58,946 nucleotides of DNA from the IMG/VR virus record IMGVR_UViG_3300024243_001175, positions 1 through 58,946 of that record, one strand, 5' to 3'. Positions 1 through 13,300 of this stretch are shown piece by piece (the first letter of the stretch is position 1; every line of letters begins with the position of its first letter). Under the pieces are notes generated by a model. The model searched no databases, had not been told where the DNA came from, and saw only the letters and a program-made list of their open reading frames with translations. The translations under genes and the position numbers were made by a program. Origin of the DNA: a virus. Its lineage: Duplodnaviria; Caudoviricetes.

Positions 1-2
1 AC

Positions 3-48
3 AAAAAAAGAGTAAAAAAGTTATTTAAAACTTTTTTACTCTTTTTTT
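3..48. terminator. Bidirectional intrinsic terminator-like inverted repeat
   Basis: AAAAAAAGAGTAAAAAAGTT ... AACTTTTTTACTCTTTTTTT perfect inverted repeat with A/T tails. Confidence 0.55.
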
Positions 49-135
49 CAAGTCAATTATTGGCTTTAATTAGATTAAAATTCAATATATTTTGTAGTAT
101 TATTTTCCCCATACGTGAAAAAGAACCGCTTTTTA

Positions 136-163
136 TTGTGTTTTTCTGAAAAGTGTATATAAT
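136..163 (+). promoter_or_regulatory. sigma70-like promoter of TA locus
   Basis: TTGTGT-N16-TATAAT about 30 nt upstream of ATG 196. Confidence 0.45.
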
Positions 164-195
164 GGATTCTAATTCTATATTATTAAATATATTTT

Positions 196-375
196 ATGAC
201 TACATTAATGGTAGATGTAGATACAAAAACAGTAAATTATATTAACTCAAGAAATAAAAATACAAGTTGATATTTATCAAATTTAATAAAAGAAGATATG
301 CTTTTAAACGATATTAATGAAAGTAAAAATTCTGGAATTAATAAGCTTAATTCTTTACGTGATTTAGATAATTAA
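196..375 (+). CDS. Putative antitoxin (ribbon-helix-helix-like, 59 aa)
   Basis: MTTLMVDVDTKTVNYINSRNKNTSGYLSNLIKEDML...; small ORF ending 1 nt before a RelE/YafQ-like toxin remnant. Confidence 0.55.
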
Positions 376-376
376 T

Positions 377-636
377 ATGAGAGAAATTGAGTATACAAAT
401 AAATTTAAGAGATTATATAAAAAATAGATATATCATTGCAGTTAAAAATAAAGAAAACAATATTATCTTTACAAGAAAATAGTTTTCCTAAAAACTTAAG
501 AGTTCATAAGTTATAATGAAAATTATATCCATATTATTCCTGTTCAGTAGATTATGAAAATAGAATAATTTTTGAACTATTAAATAATTGAAAAATAACT
601 TTACTATTAGTATGAAATCATGATATTTATAAATAA
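377..636 (+). pseudogene. RelE/YafQ-family mRNA interferase toxin, inactivated
   Basis: MREIEYTNKFKRLYKK, then a frameshift in the A-run at ~419-424, then ...LRVHKL*GKLYPYYSCSVDYENRIIF...LLLVGNHDIYK (RelE/YafQ motifs; in-frame TAA at ~514). Confidence 0.7.
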
Positions 637-690
637 AAAGTTAGAATTTTTATTTGGTTTTATTGTGTTAAAAAAAATAAACAATAAAAA

Positions 691-772
691 AAGAGATTTG
701 GTAAGTGTCTATATTTCATAGGATACGACCTTGTGTCTAATACCCTCCATATATGTTCCCAAACTGTCTCTT
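691..772 (-). ncRNA. Candidate ~82-nt structured small RNA, family unknown
   Basis: GC-richer island folding into one irregular hairpin (AAGAGA/UCUCUU, UUUGG/CCAAA, UAUAU/AUAUA, GGGUAU/GUAUCC, GAC/GUC); preceded by TTGATT-N16-TATAAT (806-779), followed by a U-tract. Confidence 0.5.
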
Positions 773-812
773 AAAATCATTATATCCTTTTATTTTAAAA
801 AATCAAATTTTT

Positions 813-2936
813 ATGAAAAAAAACATGTTTAACCTACAATCAAAATATAACCCAAGTCCTGATCAAGGACAAGCAATAAAAACTATAGTAAAAAATATAG
901 AAGATAAACAAAAATTTCAAACACTTTGGTGAGTAACCTGAAGTGGTAAAACTTTTACTATGGCAAATGTTATAAAAGAAATAAATAAGCCTACTTTAAT
1001 TATAGCACATAACAAAACTTTAGCAGCACAGTTAGCGCAAGAATTTAAAGAATTTTTTCCTGATAATGCAGTGCATTATTTTGTGTCATATTATGATTAT
1101 TATCAACCAGAAGCATATGTAGCAAAAACAGATACTTATATAGAAAAAGAAGCAACGATAAATGAAGAAATAGATAGACTAAGACATGCAGCAACTCAAG
1201 ATTTACTTACTAGAAAAGATGTAGTAATAGTAGCAAGTGTATCATGTATTTATGGTATATGAGATATATCAACATATACAGATGCTCAATTTGATATAGA
1301 AGTTTGAAAGGAGTATAAAATGGAAGATTTACTTAAAAAATTAGTTACAATCCAATATAGAAGAGCCGCAAGTGATTTTAAACCTGGTAATTTTTTGGTA
1401 ATGTGAGACGTCCTTGAAATCTATCCAGCAAGTAGTGAAACTGTTATAACAGTTGATTTTTGGTGAGATGAAGTAAGTCAGATATCTAATAGGAATTATT
1501 TAACAGGTGAAATATATGAAAATATGCAAAAGGTAAAAATCTTTCCAGCAAAACATACCGTAACAACAAAAGATAGAATAGACAAAATCATTCCAGATAT
1601 TAAAAAAGAGCTAGATGAAAGACTAAAATATTTTAAAGAAGATATGTGAGATGTTTTAAAATATGAAAGACTTAAAACAAAAGTAGAGTATGATTTAGAA
1701 ATGATGCAAGAAGTAGGTTATGTGAATGGTATAGAAAATTACTCTAGATACTTAGATTGAAGAAAACAGTGAGATGCTCCAGCAACACTTATGGATTATT
1801 TTTGAAAAGATTTTTTATGTTTGGTTGATGAATCACATATGACTTTTAGTCAAATATGAGGTATGTATGCCTGAGATAGAGCTAGAAAAGTAAATCTAGT
1901 TGAAAATTGATTTAGGTTACCTAGTGCTATGGATAATAGACCTTTACAATTTAAAGAGTTTGAATCAAAATTTAACAATGTAGTTGCAGTATCAGCTACA
2001 CCAGGTAAATACGAAATAGAGCAAAGTTGCACATTCCCTGATATATTTTTTGATTTTGATCCAAAAAAAGATTGAATATGGGAATCTAGTAAGGATTGTA
2101 GGATTATACCACAGATGATGAGACCAACATGATTACTTGACCCTGAAATAATATTAAAACCTATGGGATTTATGGTTGATGATATAATGAAAAATATTTC
2201 GGATGTTGTAGAAAAAAAACAAAGACTATTAATTACTACTATTACAAAAAGATCAAGTGAAGAATTAACAGATTATTTACTTGATAATTGAATCAAAGTA
2301 AAATATTTACATAGTGAAATAGAAACATTAGAAAGATTAGAAACATTAAAAGAATTAAGAGAATGAGGTATTGATGTAATTGTATGAGTGAATTTATTAA
2401 GGGAATGATTGGATTTACCAGAGGTTAGTAAAATATGTATACTTGATGCTGATAAACAATGATTTCTAAGATCAGTTTCAGCACTTATTCAAATAATAGG
2501 TAGAGCCGCTAGAAATCAGAATGGTAAGGTTTATATGTATAGTGAGCAGCTTAAAAAAACAGATATAAGTAAATTGAAAAAAGAAGAAGATGGATTATAT
2601 AGACTTGATAATGGTAAATTATGTAATAATGATTGACTGGTAGTATCTGAGGCAATGAGAAAGGCTATAGACTTAACATATTATAGAAGAAATTTACAAG
2701 ATGAGTATAATAAAAAAAATGGAATAACTCCAAAAACTGTATACAGTGAGATAAAGGATATGTGACTTAAATCAAATAAAACAAAAAGAGATTACAGTGT
2801 ACTTGATAGAAAATCTATGGAAAGAGAATTATCTAGATTGGAGCTTGAAATGGATATAGCTTCAGCAAATATGGAATACGAAAAAGCTGCAGAACTAAGA
2901 GATGAAATATTAATGCTGAAAAAAGGAAAAAAGTAA
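813..2936 (+). CDS. uvrB: Excinuclease ABC subunit B
   Basis: Walker A GVTGSGKT (two Gly by TGA), [40 protein letters not shown]-terminal UVR motif [12 protein letters not shown]. Confidence 0.97.
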
Positions 2937-2957
2937 TTAGTTAACATAATATATATT

Positions 2958-4400
2958 ATGCAAAGTAATAAAAATAATGATTCAGAAAATAAGGAATTTA
3001 ATTTGTCTATTTTGGAGAAAATATCAAAGTTAGTTTGAGATGCTTTGAGCTTTTCTGAGGTGAAAGAATTAGAGAATAAAATGGAGGTAGATAAGGTGGT
3101 AGATCAAATAATTGCTAAGAACAATACTAATAAAAACCTTGCACTTTTTTTAATATGAGAAATCTCATCAGACTTTTTTAAGAAATTTGATCACTTACAT
3201 GCAGATAAAGCAGTAGTAAATCTTGCACTTAGAAAAGATTCATCACTTTTTTATTCATTGAATACAGAGTTAAGAAAAGATGCAAAAATATGATTAGTAG
3301 TTCTTGACTCTATGATACGTGAATGAAAAAACTTTTTTGAGATAGATAAGTTTATAGAAATAAATTTTCCAAAAAACAAAAAAGTATTATTTAAACATTA
3401 TAAAAAACTACTAGAATTAGCAGATAAATCATACTCAAATGATATAACAAAAACTATATTGTTACTTAAAACACAAAATCAGGATTTTTATAATAAATTA
3501 TTAGAAATATGAGTATTTCAAGTGAATTCTGAAAAAATAGTTATAAAAAATGATTTTGTAAACTCAATTTATACAACAATAACTAATAATGATGAGTATA
3601 GTAAGTTAGCTGAAACAGAAAAGAAAAATTATTTAATAATTTATTTAGAAAAATTATTTTGAATCAATTATTTAAAATTAGATAAAAATGAAAAATATTT
3701 AATTGATTCTATAATTAAATTAGTCTGAGTTAAAGAGTCAAAAGAAAAAGTAAAAGAGAAAAAGCTAGAGGAAATTGAAGAAGAATCAGAAGAGATAGAA
3801 GAAAAGAAAACAACTAAATCTAAAAAAGAAATTAAAGATGAGTTTTGTGATGTTTTAGAATTTAGTACACCAGAATGCAGAAGTTATAGCGTATCTGGTG
3901 GTTATAATCTGGAAACAAATATATGAAAGACTATATTTATTACAACCAAAGAAAAACAAAAATTTACAAGTAAAGCTTTGACTAATTTTGTAAATTTTTA
4001 TAATACTATGAATAACTTATGATTATCATTTTTATGGGATAAATATAGTCATGATTTTAAAATATTATGCAATAATAAATTTGGTTTTGATTATATGTCT
4101 TGAGAGTGAATTACTGAATCTAAAACTTTAAGTGTTCTGAATATGGTCTGAAAAAATGTTTGAATTCCTGAATATAGTGAATTAGATGGTAACTGAAAAA
4201 AAACATGAGTACTTAGATGTTTTAAAACACTTTGAGATGCAAAAATGGGGTTTTCTGAAATAAAAGAAACTTGAATAATTAATGAAAAAAAGTATTCAGA
4301 TTGATCAGCTTTTTGAAATGGTGCTGTTGAGAATAAACTTATAGAAGTACTATGTATAGACCAAAAAGGGAGCTGACTTAATATTACTAAATGGAAATAA
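2958..4400 (+). CDS. Hypothetical protein (480 aa) with a DUF4116-like repeat
   Basis: ATG 2958 and TAA 4400 in one frame under code 25; DKAVVNLALRKDSSLFYSLNTELRKDAKI resembles a DUF4116 unit. Confidence 0.6.
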
Positions 4401-4401
4401 T

Positions 4402-4683
4402 ATGGTTAGAAAGTTAACGAAATATAAAGTTATTACCGTCTTTTGTAAATGTGGGGAAAGACTTGTTAAATACAAGAAATGACCTGGTAGAACACTTTTG
4501 AAAATCCATAGAGATAGGATTACAAAAGATTACCAAGGTATTTTTCTTGATAATTTTGAAGCTGAAGGAACTGATATATTATGCACTTGATGTTGAAATA
4601 GAATAGCTACAGTAAAAAGAGTTAACTGAAAATATATAAATAAAGTAAATAGAGGGAATTTGGGGATTATTAGAAAAAGTTAA
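4402..4683 (+). CDS. Small basic zinc-ribbon-like protein
   Basis: FCKCGERLVKYKKGPG...LCTGCGNRIA (CxC + CxxC). Confidence 0.65.
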
Positions 4684-4692
4684 AATCCTAAT

Positions 4693-4720
4693 TTGACATT
4701 GTAGGAATAGTAAGTATAAT
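4693..4720 (+). promoter_or_regulatory. Consensus sigma70 promoter
   Basis: TTGACA-N16-TATAAT. Confidence 0.75.
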
Positions 4721-4748
4721 ACTTGAAAAGTATTTTTAAAAATAAATT

Positions 4749-5099
4749 ATGAAATTATTGGTTGAAGCTAGTGCTACTACAAAAACTATAGATGAGCCTA
4801 TTGTTTTTATGGTTAATACAGATAATATAAGTAATGATATTAGTTTGCAAATGTGACAAATGATGGAAGAAATATTACATGAATCCTGATCTGTAGATTT
4901 AGAAAAAACAAAAATATTATTATGAGATGAAACTTTTACATATAAAAAGATGAGGGAAAAAATATTGGATCCAGAAGTAGTTCTAGCAACAATATTGCAA
5001 ATTTCTTTAAAAATTCATTTAATTCATATGTGAGAAACTATACCATATAATTCAGAAATACAAATTAAAGAGATTACTAAAATTTGATGATTAGCTTAA
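4749..5099 (+). CDS. Hypothetical protein (116 aa)
   Basis: Open under code 25, directly downstream of a consensus promoter. Confidence 0.6.
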
Positions 5100-5114
5100 A
5101 CATAATATTATAAA

Positions 5115-5558
5115 ATGAACAAAATAAGTGAATTAAATGCAAGAAGAGAAGCTCTTAAAATTCGATTACATAAATCTAAACAAAAGCACGATCTTTTAAA
5201 AGCAAAAATATATAGAGGAAGAGAAGATAAAAAAGAAATTAATAAAAAAGAAATTAATAAAAAAGAAATTAATAAAAAAGAAATTAATAAAAAAGAAATT
5301 GATAAAAAATTAATTGATAAAGTTGATAAAACTTCAGATATAATTATAGATATAGTTAAAAATTCAGTTTCGATTTGAAAAAGAAAAATTAATCCTTCAA
5401 GTAGAAAACAGACTGATATGTGAAAATATGCTAAATTCATAAATGATGAAGTAAAATCAACTATAATTAATCCTTGAACAAATTGATCAGCATTAGAAAT
5501 AAAAAAAATAGAACCATGTCCTGCAGTATTACATCATTTAAAGACTATAAATACATAA
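5115..5558 (+). CDS. Hypothetical basic protein with KKEIN repeats
   Basis: Track ORF 5115 extended through TGA codons to TAA 5556-5558. Confidence 0.6.
5229..5303 (+). repeat. 15-bp in-frame tandem repeat, 5 copies
   Basis: AAAAAAGAAATTAAT x4 plus one GAT variant; encodes KKEIN. Confidence 0.85.
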
Positions 5559-5603
5559 TATTAAAATTTAGATTAAACCATAATATATTAAAAAAAATAA
5601 AAT

Positions 5604-5650
5604 AAAAAAGTCAATATATGTATTGACTTTTTTGTTTGAATAAGTATTAT
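5604..5650 (+). promoter_or_regulatory. Terminator-like hairpin overlapping a sigma70 promoter
   Basis: AAAAAAGTCAATA-TATG-TATTGACTTTTTT hairpin; TTGACT(5623)-N16-TATTAT(5645). Confidence 0.55.
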
Positions 5651-5681
5651 TGTTGATAATATTTTATAATTAATAATAATA

Positions 5682-6947
5682 ATGTTGGAAACTTTAAATG
5701 ATGTAGATGAAAAATTAGTTAATAGTCATAATGTTTTTTTGAATTTTGATGATTTTTACAAACCTTTGATGGAATGAGAAAAGATGTCAGAAAGAAAACA
5801 AAAATTATTGTTAGACTTGTCAGAAAAATTTAATTCAAGTGAAAAACAAATGGAATTTTTAGATCAATTATCAGGAGAGATGACATGTGTTTATCAAAAA
5901 TTTTTAAAACAAATAAATGATGAATGATGAAATTTAAATATGTTATGAAATTTAATTTGATTAGGAGATGAAAAAAATTCTAAAATTATTGAATTATCTA
6001 AAGCCGCAAATACTTGAGATATAAAAAAATTAAAAGAACTTTGATGTAATACTGATAACATAGAGTTATCAGAAGATTCTTCTTGAGTTATGACTAAAAT
6101 TAAATGAACCGCAATGTGAGCAGCTGGACTTACAGTTTGATTAATTCCTTTAAATGTAGTAAAAAACTATTGAAAATGATTAAGTGAAGAAGCTAAAAGA
6201 ATATTTACAAATGTAAGGAGATTAACATATGAAAGTACTTTAGAAATTTTAAATATGGAATCAGATGATGTAAATGTATATATAAATAATATCTCTAATA
6301 CAAGAGATGATATAAAATTAGAAATACTATGAATGTCTATGGTTTATGTAGTAATTGAATTCTTAGAAAATAAATATGTTGGTTTTAGAAATTGATTAGA
6401 GCCTATTAATGATAAAAGTGATTTTATTGAATCTATGGATACAGAAGAGGATATACTTAAATTAGATAGTAGGATAAATTCAATATCATCTTTGAAGGAT
6501 AATATACAGGCTATGATAATACCAGTTAAATCTACAGCTGAAAAAGCTGCTATTGTTGCAGATAATATAAAATCTACTATTGATTCTACAAAAATATTTT
6601 TAGGTTTAGCATGACCTCAATTAATTTCACAAACAAGAGTTATAGCATGATGACAAGTTATTGATACTATGGAAGAGTTAAAGAGGGAAACTATGAGGCA
6701 ACTTACAGAAAATAGCAGAGAGTTACATGAACAAATTCAAAAACATAGAGTAATTCAAATAAGGAATAGAGATTTTTTAATTAAACAAATGACAAGTTTA
6801 GAGCAGTGAATTAAAGATGTTGATAAAAAATATTTAGAAGAGTTGGAAAAAGATAATAGGGGAGCCTTTTTAGAATCATTAAATAGTGTTTGAAAAGTTT
6901 TAGAAAATAAATCATGAAAACTACTAGAATCATGAGATAGTAAATAA
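5682..6947 (+). CDS. Coiled-coil protein (421 aa), possibly TelA/toxic anion resistance-like
   Basis: Open under code 25; helical C-terminal half loosely follows the TelA pattern (weak visual similarity only). Confidence 0.45.
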
Positions 6948-6996
6948 TTATAGTAAAATTTAAAAAATAAATAATTAAAAAACTAAAAATAATTTC

Positions 6997-7817
6997 ATGT
7001 CAAACATAATTCAAAGCCAGTCGTCTGAATTGTTAGTAGTAGAAAATGATAATTTAGAATTAAAAACTACTAAAAAACATAGCAATTTTATAAAACTAGT
7101 TGAGCAAAAACAGGGAGAATTAGTTAATTTAAATGTGCTTAGAATATCATGAAAAATTAGTAAAGAAATATATTATGAAAAATCAAAGGATCTTTTTGAT
7201 GATTTATTGAGTCAGTTTTCTAGATTTTCAATGTGAATATGAAAAAGATTGTTGTTATCATTAAACCCAAATAAAAGTCATGAAAAATATTATTTAAGAA
7301 ATGTATGAAAAACTGGTTATTTAAAATTAAAAGAAAATCATTCTATATTAGTTAGGGATTTTTCTGAATATTTTTTGTCTGAAAATATAAAACTTGAAGA
7401 TGTAGAAAAACTTATAATATTTATGCAAATTCTTAAAAATGGATTTTTAGTGAATAAATTCAATCATATTTATAGGTGATTAAAATGTAATATAAAATAT
7501 CTAATGATATAAATTTAGAAAAATTAAGTTATGATATAGTTGAATCAGAGCTAACATATAAAAAAATACAAATTATTTATTGATTTGTTGATCTAATTAA
7601 AGATAATTTTAAAAAAAATAATTATAAGATAATATTGAGTGATACTATAGCAGATAATTTTGTAAAATTTGAAGATTGATTATATTGAAAAATAAATCTA
7701 ATTTATTTTAATTTTGAAACTTTAAATAAAATAATTAATAATGAAAAAATTGATTTTTGAAATGATTTTTCAGCTAATGTATTGAGAATGGAAATAGATA
7801 AACTAATAAAAAAATAA
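6997..7817 (+). pseudogene. Hypothetical gene split by a frameshift near 7490-7510
   Basis: First frame 6997-7512 stops; a second frame with no early ATG is open from ~7491 to TAA 7817. Confidence 0.5.
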
Positions 7818-7835
7818 CATTTTATTTTTATAAAC

Positions 7836-10079
7836 ATGAAAAATTTAATAGCTAAATTAAGTAACTCACAGAACTTAGATTATCTGTCTAAGATAGAAAA
7901 AAAACATCTTGAATTTAATGATTTTACTGATAAAACTTTAGAGAAAATCCTAGAGTATTTTAGTGAAATAGAAAACATGGGTAGCTGAATAGAAAAATTT
8001 GAAATAAATCAAGATAATAAAGAATTAAATACTTATTTTTGAGGTGAATTAACAACTTTTGAAGATATTGAAAAAAAGAAAAATAAAGTAAGAGAAATAA
8101 GAATAAAAATACAATATAAAGTAGAGGGGGTTGTTATGAATTTTAGAGAAGAGTTATCAACAATAAGAAAATATGGTTTTTGATATAGTATGAATGATAA
8201 TGAATTTATAATAAGTTTTTATGATGTTAATAAAAATAGTTCAAAAAATAACGACAAATTTAAAAATATCTTTTCAGAAAAAGAAAATACAAAATCCAGT
8301 ATTTATTATACAACTATTAATAAAATCTTTGATAAATATCAATTTGATAATGGTATAAAAACTTTTCAAGATATTTATGATTCTTTTAAGTTGTTTAAAA
8401 ACTTGTTTTTATTAAATAAGTATCAATATGATTATAAATTTTTAAGATATTCTAAAAATACATGAAATTTTTATTTTGTTTTTGATATTGATTATCTATC
8501 TTTGCTAGTCTTAGGTAGGCATGATAGTATAGAAGAATTTAAATGAATTAAAAACATTGAAAATAAAGAAATAAAAGAAGATAGTTATCCTCAAAAAATA
8601 GAAGAAAGAAAAATAATTATCTTAGGGAAATGATCTGAGATAATTGTAGAAAAAATATTTGGAAAATATTATTTAAGTTTTGAAAATATTAGTGAAGAAA
8701 TTATCTTATTTTTAAGACAATTTAATAAAATAACAAAAGAGCAAGAAAAAACAAAAATAAAAGTTGATTATATAATATGACTTGAAAATAAAGAATGAAA
8801 ATTAAATAAAGACAATTATGAAGAAATAGTTGAATATGATATAGAGAGAATTAAAAATAATGAACAAATAAATCTAGTAAAATATTTTACTAATTATAAT
8901 GAATTTGAACTAATATTTTTAAAAGAAATAATGAAATCAAGATTTAATGAAGAGTTTTTAAAAATATCAAAAAATAATGATAAAACTTTAGAATTTTATT
9001 TACCATATGGTAGCTGAAACTTTGATCATAAAATGATAAAAATATTTCTTATAAGATTTTTTGAAGAATTTATTCCTCTTAATGAATATAAGGATTTAAA
9101 TGATTATTATAAACAAATAATTAAACCTATTTGGAACATAAGTTTTGATGATTTTATTAATAAATTTAAAAAACACTGAAAAAAATATACTAATGAATTA
9201 TTTTTATTATGAGATAAATTATGAGAAGAAAAGGTTAAAGTAAATACTTTAATAGATGACTTGAATAAAGGAATAGATTATGTGGTAGATGCAATCAAAG
9301 AAAAAACACTATCTTTGGAAGAAGTTAAAAAATATATGAAAAATGAAGAATTATTTAATAAAGTTACTAATAGTTTTGAAAATATAGATTTAAATGATTT
9401 TTCTAGAGAAGAGATTGTTAGGTATTTACCTTTTCTTATTAAAGGAAAAAATATATCTAAAAATATAATTACTGATTATGAAATAATAGGAAAAATATTT
9501 GTTCCTAATATTTCTTATGATATAGAATTTAATGAAGAAATAATAAATACATTTATAAATATATGAGAAATCTGAATAAGTAAATATGATTTTGACCATA
9601 TTTCAACTACTTTACTATATAATATTTCTAAATTTTTTGATAGTAGTATGTTTTGATTTTTACAAAGTAGAATAATTGGTATTAGTTGAAAAATAGAATA
9701 TGATAAAAGTTTAGTTAATTTAGAATACATATATAATGTTCTAAAAATATCTGAAATTTTATCAAAACAAGAGTATGAATATAAAATATTTATTTCAGAA
9801 TATACAAATTATATAAGCTATGATGAATTTGACCTAAAAAATATTAAAGAACTAAGTATCTCTCAAGATATATTAGAAATATTAAAAAATAATGAAATAA
9901 TAAAGATATCTAGAAAAGAGAATAATAATAAAGAAGTTATGATGCCTTATAGTGTTAATATTTTTAATAGGGAGCTTAGAAGATTGTTTGGTCTTGAACT
10001 TAATTATGAGTGAGAAGAAGATGAAAATATTAAGAAAGTAAGAAATGGTAAATTATTCAATACTAAAGGTAAAAAATAA
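7836..10079 (+). CDS. Hypothetical protein (747 aa)
   Basis: Joins track fragments 8190 and 9261 in one frame via TGA=Gly. Confidence 0.65.
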
Positions 10080-10121
10080 AACAAAAAGAGTTTATAAAAA
10101 ATAATTAAAAAAAATAAGGAA

Positions 10122-11072
10122 ATGAATCAAATAGAGGATTATACTAAGCTAGAATCAAATGAAATCTTTCATTGATATGATTTTGATTTTGTAGAATTAC
10201 ATGATAATTCTGCTAGTTTTGTGTATTTTGATTTTGATAATATAGATATAAATAAAAATATAATTAAAGCTTTTGATAATGTATCAAATATTTTATCAAA
10301 AAAATACAACAGGAAAAATACAAAAAGCGAAAATATAGAAGTGGTTGTGGATTCTTTTTTTATTTTTAATTTTACAAAAAAACAAGTTAAAGATTGAATA
10401 CATCAAACTACCTTAATAATTGATTTTTTAACTAGTGATTTAAGAGAAATGGAAAAATATTATATATCATGATTTTTTCATTATTTTGAAGCACATTGAA
10501 TACATTTTGACTATTTTGCAGATAATATAAGTGACTATAAACTAAAGCAATTATATCAAAATATTTTGAAGGACAAAAAAAATGACAAATATGTAAGATG
10601 AAATATTAAAGATGAAAAAGATTGATTAATGAAGCAAGAATATATTTTAAAAAAAATGCTTTTAGAGATTTATAAAAATTATTATATAATAAATGAAAAA
10701 TTCACAGATTATAAAAAAAATCAAGATTTATTTAATAATAATGCAGTCAACTCTATAGTCAATAAAGAAACTTTATTAAAAATTTCTTTTTTATCAAATA
10801 TAGATAAACAAAGAATAGTTTCATTAACTGAACTGCTAATATATTTTCCAAATAGTATGGATACATTAAATGAGATGAAAAAACTTTCTCAAAATAATGA
10901 TCAAATGAAGATTGAGAGTGAAAAATTAGAAAGAGAAATAATGGAAATAAATCATAGTGAAATATTTGATGGTAAATCAGATAGTTTTATAACTTGATTT
11001 ATAAAATGAAAACAAATTAAAAATGAGCGATCTAAAGTAAAAAATTTTTTACTTAAATTAAAAATTTGGTAA
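10122..11072 (+). CDS. Hypothetical protein (316 aa)
   Basis: Contains track fragment 10629 in frame; ends TAA. Confidence 0.6.
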
Positions 11073-11109
11073 AAGTAAGAATAAAAAATATTATAAAAAC
11101 ATAAAAAAT

Positions 11110-13218
11110 ATGAACTCATTAATTTCGCATGGACAAGCTAGAAAAAAATCTCTTTTACCTGCATTAACTCAAAAAGCAAAATTTGTGAATTTTTGTTATG
11201 AAATAGAAATAATAAAACAAGAACTTTTAATGCTTTTTCATGATGAACAAAATAATGAAATAGATCATAGTAATACAGATGATAAAATAGAAAAGATTAT
11301 AAGAGAAATAGTTAACACTTTTTTAAAAAAATCAACTATATATACAAAATCAAGATATTCAAATAATGTTAATTTTATTTGAAATAATATTTATTTACCT
11401 GATAATATACAGGAAAATATTATCAAATGAATGAATAAAACTAACTATTGTCAAAGTAGTTTTCAAGATATAGTATTACTATTAAATACATTAAAGGCTC
11501 ATTTTTGGTGTAATGAGAAGAAAAATAAAAGTGTTTATGATGTATTGTTTTATAATAGAAATTTAGAAATATTTTTATACCCAATAGAAATAATTGATAT
11601 TAATCAATTCATGGAACATTTAAAAGCTAATTATGATTATCTATTAAAGCCATATCTACAAAATAGTTATAAGTTTGAAATTAATTTAGATGATTTAGAT
11701 GAATATCCATATGAAATCAAAGTATTATATGAATCAGAAACAAAAAAAAATAATCAAAAATTAAAAGTAGTAAAATTAAATTGAAATCATTATTTTTATT
11801 TTGATGAAATAACAAAGGAAATTTTAGATTTGTTTTTAGTTATACAAGAAATACATATTTTAGATATAGAAGCAGAAAAATATAGAGACAAAGTATTGAA
11901 AATATTAGATAAAATGTGATGAAATATAGCGAATATAAATGAACTCTATAAACTTAATCAAAATTTTAATTATATAGATATTGATTTTCATGATGAAACA
12001 ATTGATTTAAAATGTGTAGAAAGAGATATAAAAAGAATAGGGGATTGAGAGTTAATTATATGAAAATTGTATTTTAATATAAGTTCAGCTAGATTTGAAA
12101 AAATTGAAAAATCTGGAGTCGATAAAGAAATAATAAAATATTTAAAAAATTGTCAAGAATATTTTAATGATTTTTATACTCAATCTACTGATAATGTAAT
12201 AAATTTCAGTGCAGTTTATTCTATTTTTACTGCTATTTTAAATAAAAATTGAATAACTTTGATAGGTAATTATAAAGAATACATAAAAATAATTACTTTA
12301 CTATTTTCTTTAGATAATTATGTATCTAATTCAAGAATATATAATGAAAATAATTTTTTGAGTTTATTATTAGAAAAAAAACCTTTTGAATATGAAAAAA
12401 TAAAAGAATTATATTTTAAAGATATAGAGTGAGAAGATTTTGAAAATCTAGAAAAAGATGATTTTTACAATGAATTTATAGGTATAGATGAAGATTGTAT
12501 ATTTCAAAAAGAATTAAATAATACTATTAGTTTTATAAAGAATTGAGAATTTGATAAATTTGATAGCTTAAGTTTTTATAATTATTTTAATTCTCAAGAA
12601 AAAATAAATCAATTTCTAGATAATTTTCAATCATTTAGAGATAAAATATATTTAATAAATTATATAACAATAACTTTTGATGAAAATACATTTATTGATA
12701 ATTTTTTAAAATTAATAAATTTAAAATGATTTGAATTAAAATGAATAAGTGATTTATTAAAAAATAAAGATAAAATAGATAACAGGTTATTGAATGTAAT
12801 AGGTGATATATATGATTCTTGAATAGATAAATATGATTTTAATCAATTAGATATTGAAGATCTTTATAATATATCTGATATGATTGATGTTAGATATTTT
12901 ATGGTAAATAAATTATCCAGTTATATACTTATATGATATAATTTTGTAGATTTTCAAAATATAAGTGCTAAATTAATAATTAATTTATGAAGATATCTAA
13001 AAAATAATGAATTAGTAAAATATAATGATTGTAAAATAATTTTTACAAATAAAAACAAAATAGAATTTGATTATGATGAAATAAAAAAAGTATTTATAAA
13101 TATTGAAGACTTAAAAGATTTTGAAAATTCTTTTGTTTATATAGATGATAATAAAATAGAAATTGATTATATCAACACAAATATTTTTAGAAATGTGGTG
13201 AAAAAGATTTTTAAATAA
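11110..13218 (+). CDS. Hypothetical protein (702 aa)
   Basis: Joins track fragments 11110, 11431 and 12067 in one frame. Confidence 0.65.
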
Positions 13219-13242
13219 ATGATATTAGTAATAAAAAAAATT

Positions 13243-13285
13243 AAAAAAACTAAAAACTTTACATTTTTAGTTTTTTTTATATACT
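13243..13285 (+). promoter_or_regulatory. ssrA promoter overlapping an upstream terminator-like hairpin
   Basis: TTTACA(13258)-N16-TATACT(13280); the -35 lies in the loop of AAAAAAACTAAAAA/TTTTTAGTTTTTTT. Confidence 0.5.
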
Positions 13286-13300
13286 ATAATTACAAGATAT

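Noticed and set aside
1850-2032. Track ORFs antisense to real genes (also 5108-, 9515-, 16878-, 19586-, 28332-, 34664-, 40293-, 40548-, 41005-, 44442-, 45327-, 46757-, 52375-, 56737+)
   Set aside because: Shadows of longer code-25 genes on the opposite strand; no motifs
813-2936. uvrB and most other genes as TGA-riddled pseudogenes
   Set aside because: TGA sits at conserved Gly positions and frames stay open to TAA/TAG, so this is recoding, not decay
5229-5303. Possible CRISPR-like repeat
   Set aside because: Head-to-tail 15-mers without spacers, in frame within a CDS
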